Part shown: piece by piece, positions 29,562-38,586 of the stretch
Numbering within the stretch: position 1 is the first letter of the stretch
Layout of the letters: every line of letters begins with the position of its first letter
Origin: Clostridiales bacterium
Lineage (GTDB): Bacteria; Bacillota; Clostridia; Christensenellales; CAG-138
NCBI GenBank assembly: GCA_024691085.1
Contig: JAILNX010000025.1
Location: 16,723 to 80,722 of the forward strand
Length of the DNA: 64,000 nt
Direction of reading: 5' to 3'
The notes under the pieces: model-generated
Seen by the model: only the letters and a program-made list of their open reading frames with translations
The model's database searches: none
Told to the model about the DNA's origin: nothing
Made by a program: the position numbers and the translations under genes

Positions 29562-30533
29562 TTATTCAATGTGTTCAAGATACTTAAGCGTCCCCTCGGG
29601 AACGAGATCGCGCACGGCGGCGAGATCACCTCTGTCCAGAGCTTCGCGGACGCGGCTCGCGCTTATCCCGCGGAGCCTCTCGAGCTCGACGACCTCCACC
29701 CCCATACGGGGCAGCAGCCTCTTCATGATCCCGTTATAGCCGTTCGTGACGGGCGAATACGGCTCCGTGCCGACGAACCTTTTCGTGATGTTGAGCTTCG
29801 GGGCGATCCTCTCGCCGAAAAGCGTCAAGTCGAGCGCCGCGTAGACGCTCTCGGCGTCCGCGCCTTCCTTTAAGAAATAGGTCGGGAAGGTGGCAAGGCT
29901 TATCATGTAGTCGCCGCTCGGGATGACGTGAACGTTTTTTAAGTCCTTCGTCCCGTTCTTCACAAGCCGTATCCTGTCCTCGAACGGGAAGCGGGACGCG
30001 TCCTCGCTGACGACGAATACGTAAAGGTGGTCGACCGCCTTCGCCGCGGTCTCGATAAGATACCTGTGCCCCAGCGTGAAGGGATTGCAGTTCATGACGG
30101 CGGCGCCGACAACGCCCTCAAACCTCTCGACCGAAGCAAGCCAGCGGTCGAGCCCCGTCCTTGAGTTTTCCATAAAGCAGACGTCGCGCGTGGCGGCAAG
30201 GGTGTAAAAGCCTATGCCGCGGAAGAGCATTTCATTCGACGCCTTAGTAAACAGAAAGAGCTTCGTTATGCCGCGCCGCATCGCCTCCGAGACCAGCTCG
30301 GAAACGACGGAAAGCGCCGCGCCCTCGCCCTGAAGACGGGGGTCGACGGCGATGTATTTCAAAACGTTCCCGCACAGACTGCCGTTCGCGAGTATCTCGG
30401 ACGCATCCGAAACGAGCTGCACGGTGTAGTCCGCGCCGCCCTCGTACTTAAGGCCCATTTCCTTAAGGAATGCTTCTGTTTTTTCAAGGCGCGGGCCCGA
30501 AAGCTCCGCGCAGCGGGAAACGTACCAGTCCAT
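29562..30533 (-). CDS. citC: [Citrate (pro-3S)-lyase] ligase
   Basis: NCNPFTLGHRYL motif. Start set at MDWYVSR, which matches the E. coli CitC spacing to that motif. The ORF-track start at 30590 is a TTG with no RBS. Confidence 0.8.
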   Translation of the reverse strand: MDWYVSRCAELSGPRLEKTEAFLKEMGLKYEGGADYTVQLVSDASEILANGSLCGNVLKYIAVDPRLQGEGAALSVVSELVSEAMRRGITKLFLFTKASNEMLFRGIGFYTLAATRDVCFMENSRTGLDRWLASVERFEGVVGAAVMNCNPFTLGHRYLIETAAKAVDHLYVFVVSEDASRFPFEDRIRLVKNGTKDLKNVHVIPSGDYMISLATFPTYFLKEGADAESVYAALDLTLFGERIAPKLNITKRFVGTEPYSPVTNGYNGIMKRLLPRMGVEVVELERLRGISASRVREALDRGDLAAVRDLVPEGTLKYLEHIE

Positions 30534-30601
30534 TTTGATCCCGTTCAATAATACGCGCCGGAAGACGTGCGTCCGTCCTCCGGCGCGCAATGGTAATGAG
30601 T

Positions 30602-32143
30602 TTAGTCCGCTACCTGCCTGATGACGTCGATAACGGAGTTGTCCCTATACATAAGCACGCCGACGATCCTGTCGGTGTACTTGATGGGCTCGGGAGTGCC
30701 CGCGATCCTCTCCGCGCGGTCGCGGAGCTTTTCTATGGTGGTCACGGGGAGGCCCGCCTCGACGAACTTCTCACGAAGCTCGGGACGGGCGGGATTGACC
30801 GCGATGCCCTGGTCTGTAACGACGACGTCGACGGTCTTGCCCGGGGTGCAGATGGTGTTGACCTTCGTGCAGACGGTGGGGATGCGTCCGCGGAGCAGGG
30901 GGCATACGACGATGGTCATGCTCGCGCCCGCGGCGGTGTCGGGATGTCCGCCGACAGCGCCCCTTATGACGCCGTCCGAGCCGGTCATTACGTTGACGTT
31001 GAACTCGGTATCGACCTCAAGCGCGGAGAGTATGACGAAGTCGAGCTGGTTGACGGCCGCGCCCTTGTTCACGTAGCTTGCGTAGTACGAAGCGTCGATC
31101 TGCTGATGGAAGCGGTTGTTCTTGACGGAGTTCGCGGCGATAAGGTCAAAGCTCTGCACGTCGAGGATCTTCTTTACGAGGCCCTCCTCGTGCATCTGGA
31201 CGATCTGGCCGGTGATGCCGCCCAAAGCGAAGCGGCACTTGATATCCTGCTCGATCATGTATTCGCGGAGGTACCTCGCGACCGCGAGGGACGCGCCGCC
31301 GGAGCCCATCTGCATGGAGAAATTGTCCTTGAAGTAGCCGGAGGCGACGATCGCCTTCGTCGCGTACTGGGCGATGAGGAGCTCCTTGGGGTTCTTGGTG
31401 AAGCGGGTAGCGCCGCTCATGATGCCGTTGGGATCGCCGATATTGTCCACCTTGACCACGTAATCGACCTGGCTTTCGGGAATGCCGAAGGGGGTGTTCG
31501 GGAAGGAGACGAGGTGGTCGGTGATGATAATGCATTTGTCGGCATAGAGCGCGTCGAGCTTGGCATAGCCGAGGGAACCGCAGCAGGAGCCTTCCTCGCT
31601 GTCGCGGTTATAGCCGTTGGCGTTGCCGTAGGGGTCGCAGGAGGGCGCGCCGAGGAAGGCGACGTCGATGTGCAGCTCGCCGGTCTCGATGGCCGCCGCG
31701 CGTCCGCCGTGGGAGCGGAATATGACGGGGAAGTCCATCAGTCCGTGGGATACCGCGTCGCCGAGCTTGCCGCGCAGGCCGCTGGTCTCGATGTGCTTGA
31801 TAACGCCGTTCTTGATGTGGTCGATGAGCGGCCAGTGACAGTCGGTCAGGGAGCTTGCCGCGAGGGTGAGGTCCTTGATGCCCATCTTCGCGATGACGTC
31901 CATGACCATGTTGACCACGTAGTCGCCGTTTCTGAAATGATGGTGGAAGGAGATCGTCATGCCGTCCTTAAGACCGACGCGGCGGATCGCCTCTTCGAGG
32001 CTCGGGAGGACCTTCTTCGAGTGCTGCTGGCGCTCGTCGAAGCTTACGGGATCCTTCTGCCAGAGATTCTTCTCGTCGTAAACGCCGTGACAGGCGGAAA
32101 CCTCATTGATATGGGGAATGGAATTGAAATCGAACTCGCTCAT
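30602..32143 (-). CDS. citF: Citrate lyase alpha subunit (citrate CoA-transferase)
   Basis: 513 aa, in the position between citE and citC. Confidence 0.85.
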   Translation of the reverse strand: MSEFDFNSIPHINEVSACHGVYDEKNLWQKDPVSFDERQQHSKKVLPSLEEAIRRVGLKDGMTISFHHHFRNGDYVVNMVMDVIAKMGIKDLTLAASSLTDCHWPLIDHIKNGVIKHIETSGLRGKLGDAVSHGLMDFPVIFRSHGGRAAAIETGELHIDVAFLGAPSCDPYGNANGYNRDSEEGSCCGSLGYAKLDALYADKCIIITDHLVSFPNTPFGIPESQVDYVVKVDNIGDPNGIMSGATRFTKNPKELLIAQYATKAIVASGYFKDNFSMQMGSGGASLAVARYLREYMIEQDIKCRFALGGITGQIVQMHEEGLVKKILDVQSFDLIAANSVKNNRFHQQIDASYYASYVNKGAAVNQLDFVILSALEVDTEFNVNVMTGSDGVIRGAVGGHPDTAAGASMTIVVCPLLRGRIPTVCTKVNTICTPGKTVDVVVTDQGIAVNPARPELREKFVEAGLPVTTIEKLRDRAERIAGTPEPIKYTDRIVGVLMYRDNSVIDVIRQVAD

Positions 32144-32144
32144 G

Positions 32145-33035
32145 TTATATCTCCTCCACGGTCATGGTCTTCGCGCGCTCAGCCATCTCGAGGAGGTACT
32201 GAGCCCTCGCGACGACGGGCTTGTCGATCATCTTGCCCTTGAGGGAAGCGACACCGGAACCCCTCGCGTTGGCCTCGGCGATGGCCTCCATAATGGCGCG
32301 GGCTTTGGCGAGATCCTTCTCGGACGGGGTGAATACGGCGTGCAGGGGCGCGATCTGACGGGGATTGATGACGGATTTGCCGTCGAAGCCCATCTTCCTT
32401 ATCATGGTCGCCTCGGCGATGAAGCCTTCCTCGTTGTTGACGTCGGAATAGACCGTATCGAGAGCCATGATGCCGGCCGCCTTGGCGGCGTTCACGATCA
32501 TGCCGCGGGCGAACATAAGCTCGATGCCCTCGGGGCTCCTCGTGGTCTTAAGGTCGGTAACGTAGTCCTCGGCGCCGAGGGCGATACCGATGAGGCGCTT
32601 CGACGCGAACGCGATCTCCCTCGCGTTCAGAACGCCGTTCGCGCTCTCGATGGCGGCCATCATGCCGGTGGAGCCGACGGGGATGCCCGCCTCGCGCTCG
32701 ATCCTCTCGATCTCGCGCTCGCACTCGACAACATCCTTCGCGCTGTCGGTCTTGGGGAGCCTGATGACGTCGGGACGCGCGCGGACGATCGCCTCGAGGT
32801 CGGCAACGCCGAGCCCGGAGGACAGGTCGTTTATGCGTACGACGAGCTCCTTGGAGCCGTAATGAAGCTTGGTGAGGGCCTTATAGACAAGGAACCTCGC
32901 CGCGTCCTTCTCGGTGATCGCGACGGAGTCCTCAAGGTCGAACATTATTGAGTCGGAGCCGTAAATATGGGCGTCCCTTATCATGCCGGGGTTATTGCCC
33001 GGCACAAAAAGCATACTTCTTCTTAATCTGCTCAT
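32145..33035 (-). CDS. citE: Citrate lyase beta subunit (citryl-CoA lyase)
   Basis: 296 aa HpcH/HpaI-type aldolase fold opening (RRSMLFVPGNNP). Adjacent to citD and citF. Confidence 0.85.
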   Translation of the reverse strand: MSRLRRSMLFVPGNNPGMIRDAHIYGSDSIMFDLEDSVAITEKDAARFLVYKALTKLHYGSKELVVRINDLSSGLGVADLEAIVRARPDVIRLPKTDSAKDVVECEREIERIEREAGIPVGSTGMMAAIESANGVLNAREIAFASKRLIGIALGAEDYVTDLKTTRSPEGIELMFARGMIVNAAKAAGIMALDTVYSDVNNEEGFIAEATMIRKMGFDGKSVINPRQIAPLHAVFTPSEKDLAKARAIMEAIAEANARGSGVASLKGKMIDKPVVARAQYLLEMAERAKTMTVEEI

Positions 33036-33334
33036 TTCGCCTTGACCTCGTTCCAGACGTACTCGGTGCTTTCGGCAGAACGGTATGCGGCGGCGAGCGT
33101 CCTTGCCGCCACGGTGCAGTCCAGAGCGCCCTTGTCGACGGCGTTGACGTAAGCCCTGGTAACGCCTAACTCGGAAAGAGTCTCACGGATGACCTTTTCG
33201 ATCTGTTTTCCGTACTGCTGCATGACGGCGCTCTCGAGCGTAAGCTCTATGCCTTCCGTCTCCTTCGGTTCGATCCTGACGATAATATCGCTGGATTCCA
33301 TCGTTCCGGCAACGCCGGGCTTCTTGATTTCCAT
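33032..33334 (-). CDS. citD: Citrate lyase acyl carrier protein (gamma subunit)
   Basis: MEIKKPGVAGTMESSDIIV carries the prosthetic-group serine context. 100 aa. The tracked ORF extends further upstream without support. Confidence 0.85.
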   Translation of the reverse strand: MEIKKPGVAGTMESSDIIVRIEPKETEGIELTLESAVMQQYGKQIEKVIRETLSELGVTRAYVNAVDKGALDCTVAARTLAAAYRSAESTEYVWNEVKAK

Positions 33335-33521
33335 TACGAAATTGACCTCCCGTTTAAGTATGCTTGAGCCTGCCGGCGGGGGTATGGATACCGTGCCGGC
33401 CGTCCTCCTTATATGGTAACAATTTTTTGTCCGTTTTTCAAGAGCGAAACCGTATCTTTTTTGCTTATTTGCCGTTCGCGGGACAGAATGTGACAAATTG
33501 ATTTCAGATGGGGCGATACGG

Positions 33522-33549
33522 TTGACAAGTAAAAAATGATGCGTATAAT
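33522..33549 (+). promoter_or_regulatory. Promoter of the ribozyme-nagB-glmM transcript
   Basis: TTGACA, 16-nt spacer, TATAAT. Confidence 0.55.
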
Positions 33550-33595
33550 ATTATGGTTAAGAAAACCGGGTCCCCCCATGAGGTGACGGGGGACG

Positions 33596-33742
33596 CGGTC
33601 AGCGCCGGGCCCTTACAAAACGGGTGACGAGGACGGCAGTCATCGAAAGATTCGGCGGATGCTGCCGCGGCGAATGTTCGGCAGGCCGTGAGCGGAAGAG
33701 CAAAAAGCGTAATAAAAAGCGTAACAGAGGCTTCCGCGCAGC
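33596..33742 (+). ncRNA. glmS ribozyme: glmS-type glucosamine-6-phosphate ribozyme
   Basis: Cleavage-site context A|GCGCC at 33601/33602. Core GUGACGAGGACGGCAGUCAUCGAAAGAUUCGGCGGAUGCUGCC matches the conserved GACGAGGA..UAUCGAA..UUCGGCGGAUGCC blocks. GCCGUGAGCGG and a GCGGAAG/CUUCCGC P4-like stem follow. Confidence 0.85.
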
Positions 33743-33771
33743 CGGACAATATTTTAAGGAGATTTATTGAA

Positions 33772-34563
33772 ATGCGTGTTATTATACAGGACGATTATGA
33801 AAAGATGAGCCTTTGGGCGGCGCGCTATATTGCGAATAAGATCAATAACCATAAGGAAAACCGCCCCTTTGTTCTCGGCCTTCCTACGGGCTCGAGCCCC
33901 ATCGGCGTCTACCGCGAGCTTGCCCGTATGAACAGGGCGGGCGAGGTTTCGTTCAAAAACGTCGTCACGTTCAATATGGACGAGTATCTCGGACTTCCCC
34001 ACGAGCATGACCAGAGCTACTGGTACTTCATGCACGACAACTTCTTCGATCATCTCGTCGATATGAAGCCGGAGAACATCAACATTCTGAACGGCATGAC
34101 CGACGATCCCGAGGGCGAGTGCGAAAGATATGAGGAGAAGATCGCCTCTTACGGCGGCATCGACCTGTTCATGGGCGGCATCGGCGTCGACGGTCATCTC
34201 GCCTTCAACGAGCCGTATACCTCTCTTTCCTCCCGCACGGGCGTCCGCAGCCTTACCACCGACACCCGCATCGTCAACTCCCGCTTTTTCGGGAACGATC
34301 CGGAGAAGGTTCCCGCTCAGGCGCTCTCCGTCGGCATCGGCACGGTAACGGATTCGAAGGAGGTCCTCGTTCTCATCAGCGGACACAACAAGGCGCGCGC
34401 GCTTGCCGCGACCGTCGAGGGCGGCGTCAGCCAGAAATGGACCTGCTCCGCGCTCCAGATGCACAATGCTGCGATCATCGCCTGCGACGAGGCCGCCTGC
34501 GGCGAGCTGACCGTCGATACTTACAAGTATTTCCTCGACATCGAGAAGAACGAGAGGCTGTAA
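33772..34563 (+). CDS. nagB: Glucosamine-6-phosphate deaminase/isomerase
   Basis: [24 protein letters not shown] opening and [13 protein letters not shown] active-site block; 263 aa. Confidence 0.9.
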   Translation: MRVIIQDDYEKMSLWAARYIANKINNHKENRPFVLGLPTGSSPIGVYRELARMNRAGEVSFKNVVTFNMDEYLGLPHEHDQSYWYFMHDNFFDHLVDMKPENINILNGMTDDPEGECERYEEKIASYGGIDLFMGGIGVDGHLAFNEPYTSLSSRTGVRSLTTDTRIVNSRFFGNDPEKVPAQALSVGIGTVTDSKEVLVLISGHNKARALAATVEGGVSQKWTCSALQMHNAAIIACDEAACGELTVDTYKYFLDIEKNERL

Positions 34564-35223
34564 ATGTACGCTATTACCGATCTTTACGACCTTGACCATA
34601 CCCTGGCCGCGGATTACCTTAAAAAGTTCACCTACCCCTGGGAGGCCTTGAAGGGAATAAAGGACTTTATCCTCGAACTCGGGCCAACCCTGGGAGAGGA
34701 CTACGAGGAGGTCTCGGAGCACGTTTGGGTGCATAAGACCGCGAAGGTGTTTCCGTCCGCGTATCTCGGCGCTCCCTGCATAATCGGTCCGGAGACCGAG
34801 GTCAGGCACTGCGCGTTCATCAGGGGCTCCGCTCTCGTCGGCGCGAACTGCGTCGTCGGCAACTCCGTCGAGCTCAAGAACGTCATTCTCTTCGATCACG
34901 TGCAGACGCCGCACTACAATTACGTAGGCGACTCGATACTCGGCTATTACAGCCACATGGGCGCGGGCTCCATCACGTCGAACGTCAAGTCCGACAAGAA
35001 GCTCGTCGTCGTGCATAACGGCACGGAACAGATCGAGACGGGCATAAAGAAGTTCGGCGCGATGCTCGGCGATCACGTCGAGGTCGGCTGCAACGCCGTG
35101 CTGAATCCCGGCACGGTCATCGGCAGGAACTCCAGCGTCTATCCCACCTCCTGCGTACGCGGCGTCGTCCCCGAGAACAGCATCTGGCGCGACAACGGCG
35201 AAGTCAGAAAAAGGCATGAGTAA
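34564..35223 (+). CDS. Hexapeptide-repeat (left-handed beta-helix) transferase, GlmU C-terminal-domain-like
   Basis: Repeated [LIV]G-x4 hexapeptides through residues 70-200. No nucleotidyltransferase domain. Start abuts the nagB stop. Confidence 0.5.
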   Translation: MYAITDLYDLDHTLAADYLKKFTYPWEALKGIKDFILELGPTLGEDYEEVSEHVWVHKTAKVFPSAYLGAPCIIGPETEVRHCAFIRGSALVGANCVVGNSVELKNVILFDHVQTPHYNYVGDSILGYYSHMGAGSITSNVKSDKKLVVVHNGTEQIETGIKKFGAMLGDHVEVGCNAVLNPGTVIGRNSSVYPTSCVRGVVPENSIWRDNGEVRKRHE

Positions 35224-35245
35224 CTCTCGAAAGGCAGAATGAACT

Positions 35246-36592
35246 ATGGGTAAATACTTCGGTACCGACGGCTTCCGCGGCGAAGCCAACAAGAACTTGA
35301 ACTATGAACACGCGGTCAAGATCGGCCGCTATCTCGGCTGGTACTACGGCGCGAGACTCGGCAAAAAAGCGAAGGTCGTCATCGGCAAGGATACGAGGCG
35401 TTCGAGCTATATGTTCGAATACGCTCTCTGCACCGGTCTTATGGCTTCCGGCGCCGACGCGTACATCATGCACGTCACCACCACGCCGTCCGTCAGCTAC
35501 ATCGCCCGCGTGGACGATTTCGACTGCGGCATCATGATCTCCGCGTCCCATAACCCGTACTACGACAACGGCATTAAGCTCCTTAACTCCCACGGCGAGA
35601 AGATGGACGAGGAGACCATTTTAAAGGTCGAGGACTACATAGACGGCGTCGGCGAGGTGCCCCTTGCCGAGCGTGAGAACATCGGCCGCACCGTCGACTA
35701 CGAGGCGGGCAGGAACCGCTATATCGGCTACCTCATCTCCATGTCGAAATACAGCTTCAAGGACAAGAAGGTCGGTCTCGACTGCGCGAACGGCGCGTCG
35801 TGGATGATCGCGAAGGGCGTTTTCGACGCTCTCGGCGCGAAGACCTACGTCATCAATAACGAGCCCGACGGAACGAACATCAATACCGACTGCGGCTCTA
35901 CCCATATCGACGGCTTGAGGAGATTCGTCGTCGAGAAGGGTCTCGACGTCGGCTTTGCGTTCGACGGCGACGCCGACCGCTGCCTCTGCGTGGATGAGAA
36001 GGGCAACGTTGTCACGGGCGATCACATCATCTATATCTACGGTCTCTACATGAAGGAGCGCGGCAAGCTTCTGAACAACAAGGTCGTCACCACCGTTATG
36101 TCGAACTTCGGTCTCTACAAGGCGCTCGACGCCGCCGGCATCGAGTATGAAAAGACCAAGGTCGGCGACAAGTACGTCTATGAGAACATGGTCAAGAACG
36201 GCCACCGCATCGGCGGCGAGCAGTCCGGCCATATCATCTTCACCAAGTACGCGACGACCGGCGACGGCATCCTGACGAGCCTCAAGATGATGGAGGTCAT
36301 GCTCGCGAAGGGCAAGCCCATGAGCGAGCTTGCGAAGCCCGTCGTGTTCTATCCGCAGGTGCTGAAGAACGTCCGCGTAAAATCGAAGCCCGACGCGCAG
36401 AACGATCCCGACGTCCAGGCGGCGGTGAAGAAGGTCGCAGACGACCTCGGCGATACCGGCCGCATACTCGTCAGGGAGTCCGGCACGGAGCCCGTTATCC
36501 GCGTCATGGTCGAGGCCGACACCAAGGAGATCTGCGAGAAGTACGTGGATTCCGTCATCGAGGTCATAAGGGCGAAAGGACACATGGAATAA
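35246..36592 (+). CDS. glmM: Phosphoglucosamine mutase
   Basis: SASHNPYYDNGIK phosphoserine loop; 448 aa. Confidence 0.95.
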   Translation: MGKYFGTDGFRGEANKNLNYEHAVKIGRYLGWYYGARLGKKAKVVIGKDTRRSSYMFEYALCTGLMASGADAYIMHVTTTPSVSYIARVDDFDCGIMISASHNPYYDNGIKLLNSHGEKMDEETILKVEDYIDGVGEVPLAERENIGRTVDYEAGRNRYIGYLISMSKYSFKDKKVGLDCANGASWMIAKGVFDALGAKTYVINNEPDGTNINTDCGSTHIDGLRRFVVEKGLDVGFAFDGDADRCLCVDEKGNVVTGDHIIYIYGLYMKERGKLLNNKVVTTVMSNFGLYKALDAAGIEYEKTKVGDKYVYENMVKNGHRIGGEQSGHIIFTKYATTGDGILTSLKMMEVMLAKGKPMSELAKPVVFYPQVLKNVRVKSKPDAQNDPDVQAAVKKVADDLGDTGRILVRESGTEPVIRVMVEADTKEICEKYVDSVIEVIRAKGHME

Positions 36593-36611
36593 GGCAGCGA
36601 GAAAAATGAAA

Positions 36612-36655
36612 AGAGGCTTTCTCCGGCGAAAACGTCCGAGAAAGCCCTTTTTTTA
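36612..36655 (+). terminator. Hairpin terminator after glmM
   Basis: GGCTTTCTC...GAGAAAGCC stem followed by a T7 run. Confidence 0.6.
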
Positions 36656-36665
36656 AAGTGCGGCA

Positions 36666-37655
36666 TCAATATATTGGAGTACCTATCACCGCGCCGTCGG
36701 CGGTGCAGATCATGGTGTAAACGGTATCGTCATACCCGATAAAAACACTGTCGGTCGGGTGACTGAAACTGTTCGAGACGTCAAGGTAAGCGCATTTCAG
36801 GAGCGCGCCGTCCGGCCTGTATTCTCTCACGGAATACCTTACGGAGACGAGCTCATCGACGGTCTCGTATTCGTAAACTCCGACAATGATGTCTCCGTTC
36901 ATACACTGCCTGAGGAAGCGAACTGTGGTCTCCTCCCCGGTGTCGAGCAGGTACTCCGCAGCGTTCACGGTTATCCTTTTAACGCTCCCGCTTTGATCGA
37001 CGAGGATCCTTCCGTCCGCCGTCCATTCCTCGGCGGTGAGGCTGTATGAATAGCGGAAAAGACCGTGATCGTAAATCACCAGACTGTTGCCCGTGCCGTC
37101 AAAGAAAATCTGTGAAACGTCCGCGCCGGTGAGCCTTTCGGGGAGAGGGAGCTCGTCGTGCGATTCGGAGCCGTCCTCATATACCGTTATTGTTTTAGAG
37201 AAATAATCGACGACATAGAAGCGCCCGTCGGCATAACAGAAATGAAAGGGGCGGACCGTTCCCGTAAGCGGAACAGAGCCTGTCACGCTGCCGCTCAATA
37301 TAAGGATACGGGCCTTTACCGTGTCCAGCACAAAAACCGTATCTCCCATGACGATAAACGCCTCGGGCCCGGCATTGCCGTCGTCATACGCCGCGTATCC
37401 GACGTCGTTCTCCCCGTCGCCCGCCGGAACGGTGTAAAGAACGCCGGTGCCCGTGCTGTAAAGAGGATCGACTGATGGAAGAGCTGTCGCAATCGGTGTT
37501 GTTTGATCTGTGATCTTTTGAGTGCCGGCCGGTGAGACTGAAGGAGTGCCGGAGGGCATAGGAGTAATACCGGCATTATTAATAGGAACGGCACGGCAGC
37601 ACGCCATAGACGTGAGAAGTAAAAGTCCGAAAAAAATGATGATGATCCGTTTCAT
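36666..37655 (-). CDS. Secreted/lipoprotein-like protein of unknown function
   Basis: Signal-like MKRIIIIFFGLLLLTSMACC, Pro/Ser/Thr linker, then a beta-rich body. Start at the ATG 6 nt after a GAGGTG RBS. Confidence 0.6.
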   Translation of the reverse strand: MKRIIIIFFGLLLLTSMACCRAVPINNAGITPMPSGTPSVSPAGTQKITDQTTPIATALPSVDPLYSTGTGVLYTVPAGDGENDVGYAAYDDGNAGPEAFIVMGDTVFVLDTVKARILILSGSVTGSVPLTGTVRPFHFCYADGRFYVVDYFSKTITVYEDGSESHDELPLPERLTGADVSQIFFDGTGNSLVIYDHGLFRYSYSLTAEEWTADGRILVDQSGSVKRITVNAAEYLLDTGEETTVRFLRQCMNGDIIVGVYEYETVDELVSVRYSVREYRPDGALLKCAYLDVSNSFSHPTDSVFIGYDDTVYTMICTADGAVIGTPIY

Positions 37656-37673
37656 TTTTAACACCTCGATTCT

Positions 37674-37997
37674 TTAATTGTCTAATATGCAAGAATAGGG
37701 ATCCTCTCTCTTTCGGTTATTGCAGCGATTTTTATTATTGATTATTACTTCTTCAATTCGTCCGCAGACGGTACACTTATATTTGTTTCCATAAGGAACA
37801 ATTGTTTTAATCTTTGTTTCGTTATTTATCAATAACGAAACTTGTTCGGCCCAAGAGTTATTAGCTATATCAAAAGTAAAACAGTCAAGGTCGTGAGTAT
37901 ATAATACAATTAGAACAGAAAGTAATGCCGGCAGTATTATTTCACTATATAAAACCCCTTGTATTATAATACTATCATAACTATTGCGTTCTGACAA
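37674..37997 (-). CDS. Doubtful ORF in AT-rich DNA (one TM segment, CTVCG zinc-ribbon-like motif)
   Basis: 107 codons open but no in-frame ATG. The only start is a TTG that lies at or before the predicted transcription start of the adjacent consensus promoter. Confidence 0.3.
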   Translation of the reverse strand: MSERNSYDSIIIQGVLYSEIILPALLSVLIVLYTHDLDCFTFDIANNSWAEQVSLLINNETKIKTIVPYGNKYKCTVCGRIEEVIINNKNRCNNRKREDPYSCILDN

Positions 37998-38001
37998 TTA
38001 T

Positions 38002-38031
38002 ATTATAATGCTTTTTGCCTTGGGTTGTCAA
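38002..38031 (-). promoter_or_regulatory. Consensus promoter reading leftward into the insert
   Basis: Minus strand reads TTGACA, 18-nt spacer, TATAAT. Confidence 0.5.
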
Positions 38032-38042
38032 GATTATTACTG

Positions 38043-38209
38043 TCATCTTCACCAAGTACGCGACGACCGGCGACGGCATACTCGTCAGGGAGTCCGGCAC
38101 GGAGCCCGTTATCCGCGTCATGGTCGAGGCCGACACCAAGGAGATCTGCGAAAAGTACGTGGATTCCGTCATCGAGGTCATAAGGGCGAAAGGACACATG
38201 GCCGAGTAA
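38043..38209 (+). pseudogene. glmM: Internally deleted duplicate of the glmM 3' end
   Basis: 38043-38079 equals glmM 36234-36270. 38080-38201 equals glmM 36466-36587 with one mismatch. The junction falls in a shared GCAT, giving an in-frame 195-nt deletion. The tail differs (HMAE* versus HME*). Confidence 0.85.
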
Positions 38210-38217
38210 AAAGAAAT

Positions 38218-38248
38218 AAAAAAAGGAGAGCTGCGGCTCTCCTTTTTT
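38218..38248 (+). terminator. Rho-independent terminator after the glmM fragment
   Basis: AAAAAAAGGAGAGC / GCTCTCCTTTTTT. Confidence 0.7.
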
Positions 38249-38256
38249 GTATCGTT

Positions 38257-38574
38257 TTATTCTTCGGGGGTTTCCCGATTCTTTTTCGCAAGCTCCGAAA
38301 TGCGGGGGAAGTTCTGAATGACGTAATCGTATCCGCCGCGGCCGTGGGTCTTTAAGCAGTTCGAGCAGTCCTTTATGCCGCTCTCAAGGTAGCGGAAATT
38401 GCCGCCGCACTTATCGCCGAGAGCGTAAAGCGGGCAGTAGCAGAACAGGCAGTTGAAGAAATCGGGATCCGCGCCCTTGTGGCAGGGGAAGTACTCGCAG
38501 TCCGTGTTCTGATAATAGCGGCACGAGTTTTTCTCCTTGGTGTCAAGCATTTTTTTCGCTTCTTTAAGATCCAT
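38257..38574 (-). CDS. Cysteine-rich small domain protein
   Basis: CRYYQNTDCEYFPCH...CLFCYCPLY...CGGNF...CSNC pattern; 105 aa. Confidence 0.65.
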   Translation of the reverse strand: MDLKEAKKMLDTKEKNSCRYYQNTDCEYFPCHKGADPDFFNCLFCYCPLYALGDKCGGNFRYLESGIKDCSNCLKTHGRGGYDYVIQNFPRISELAKKNRETPEE

Positions 38575-38586
38575 GGTATCACCCCT

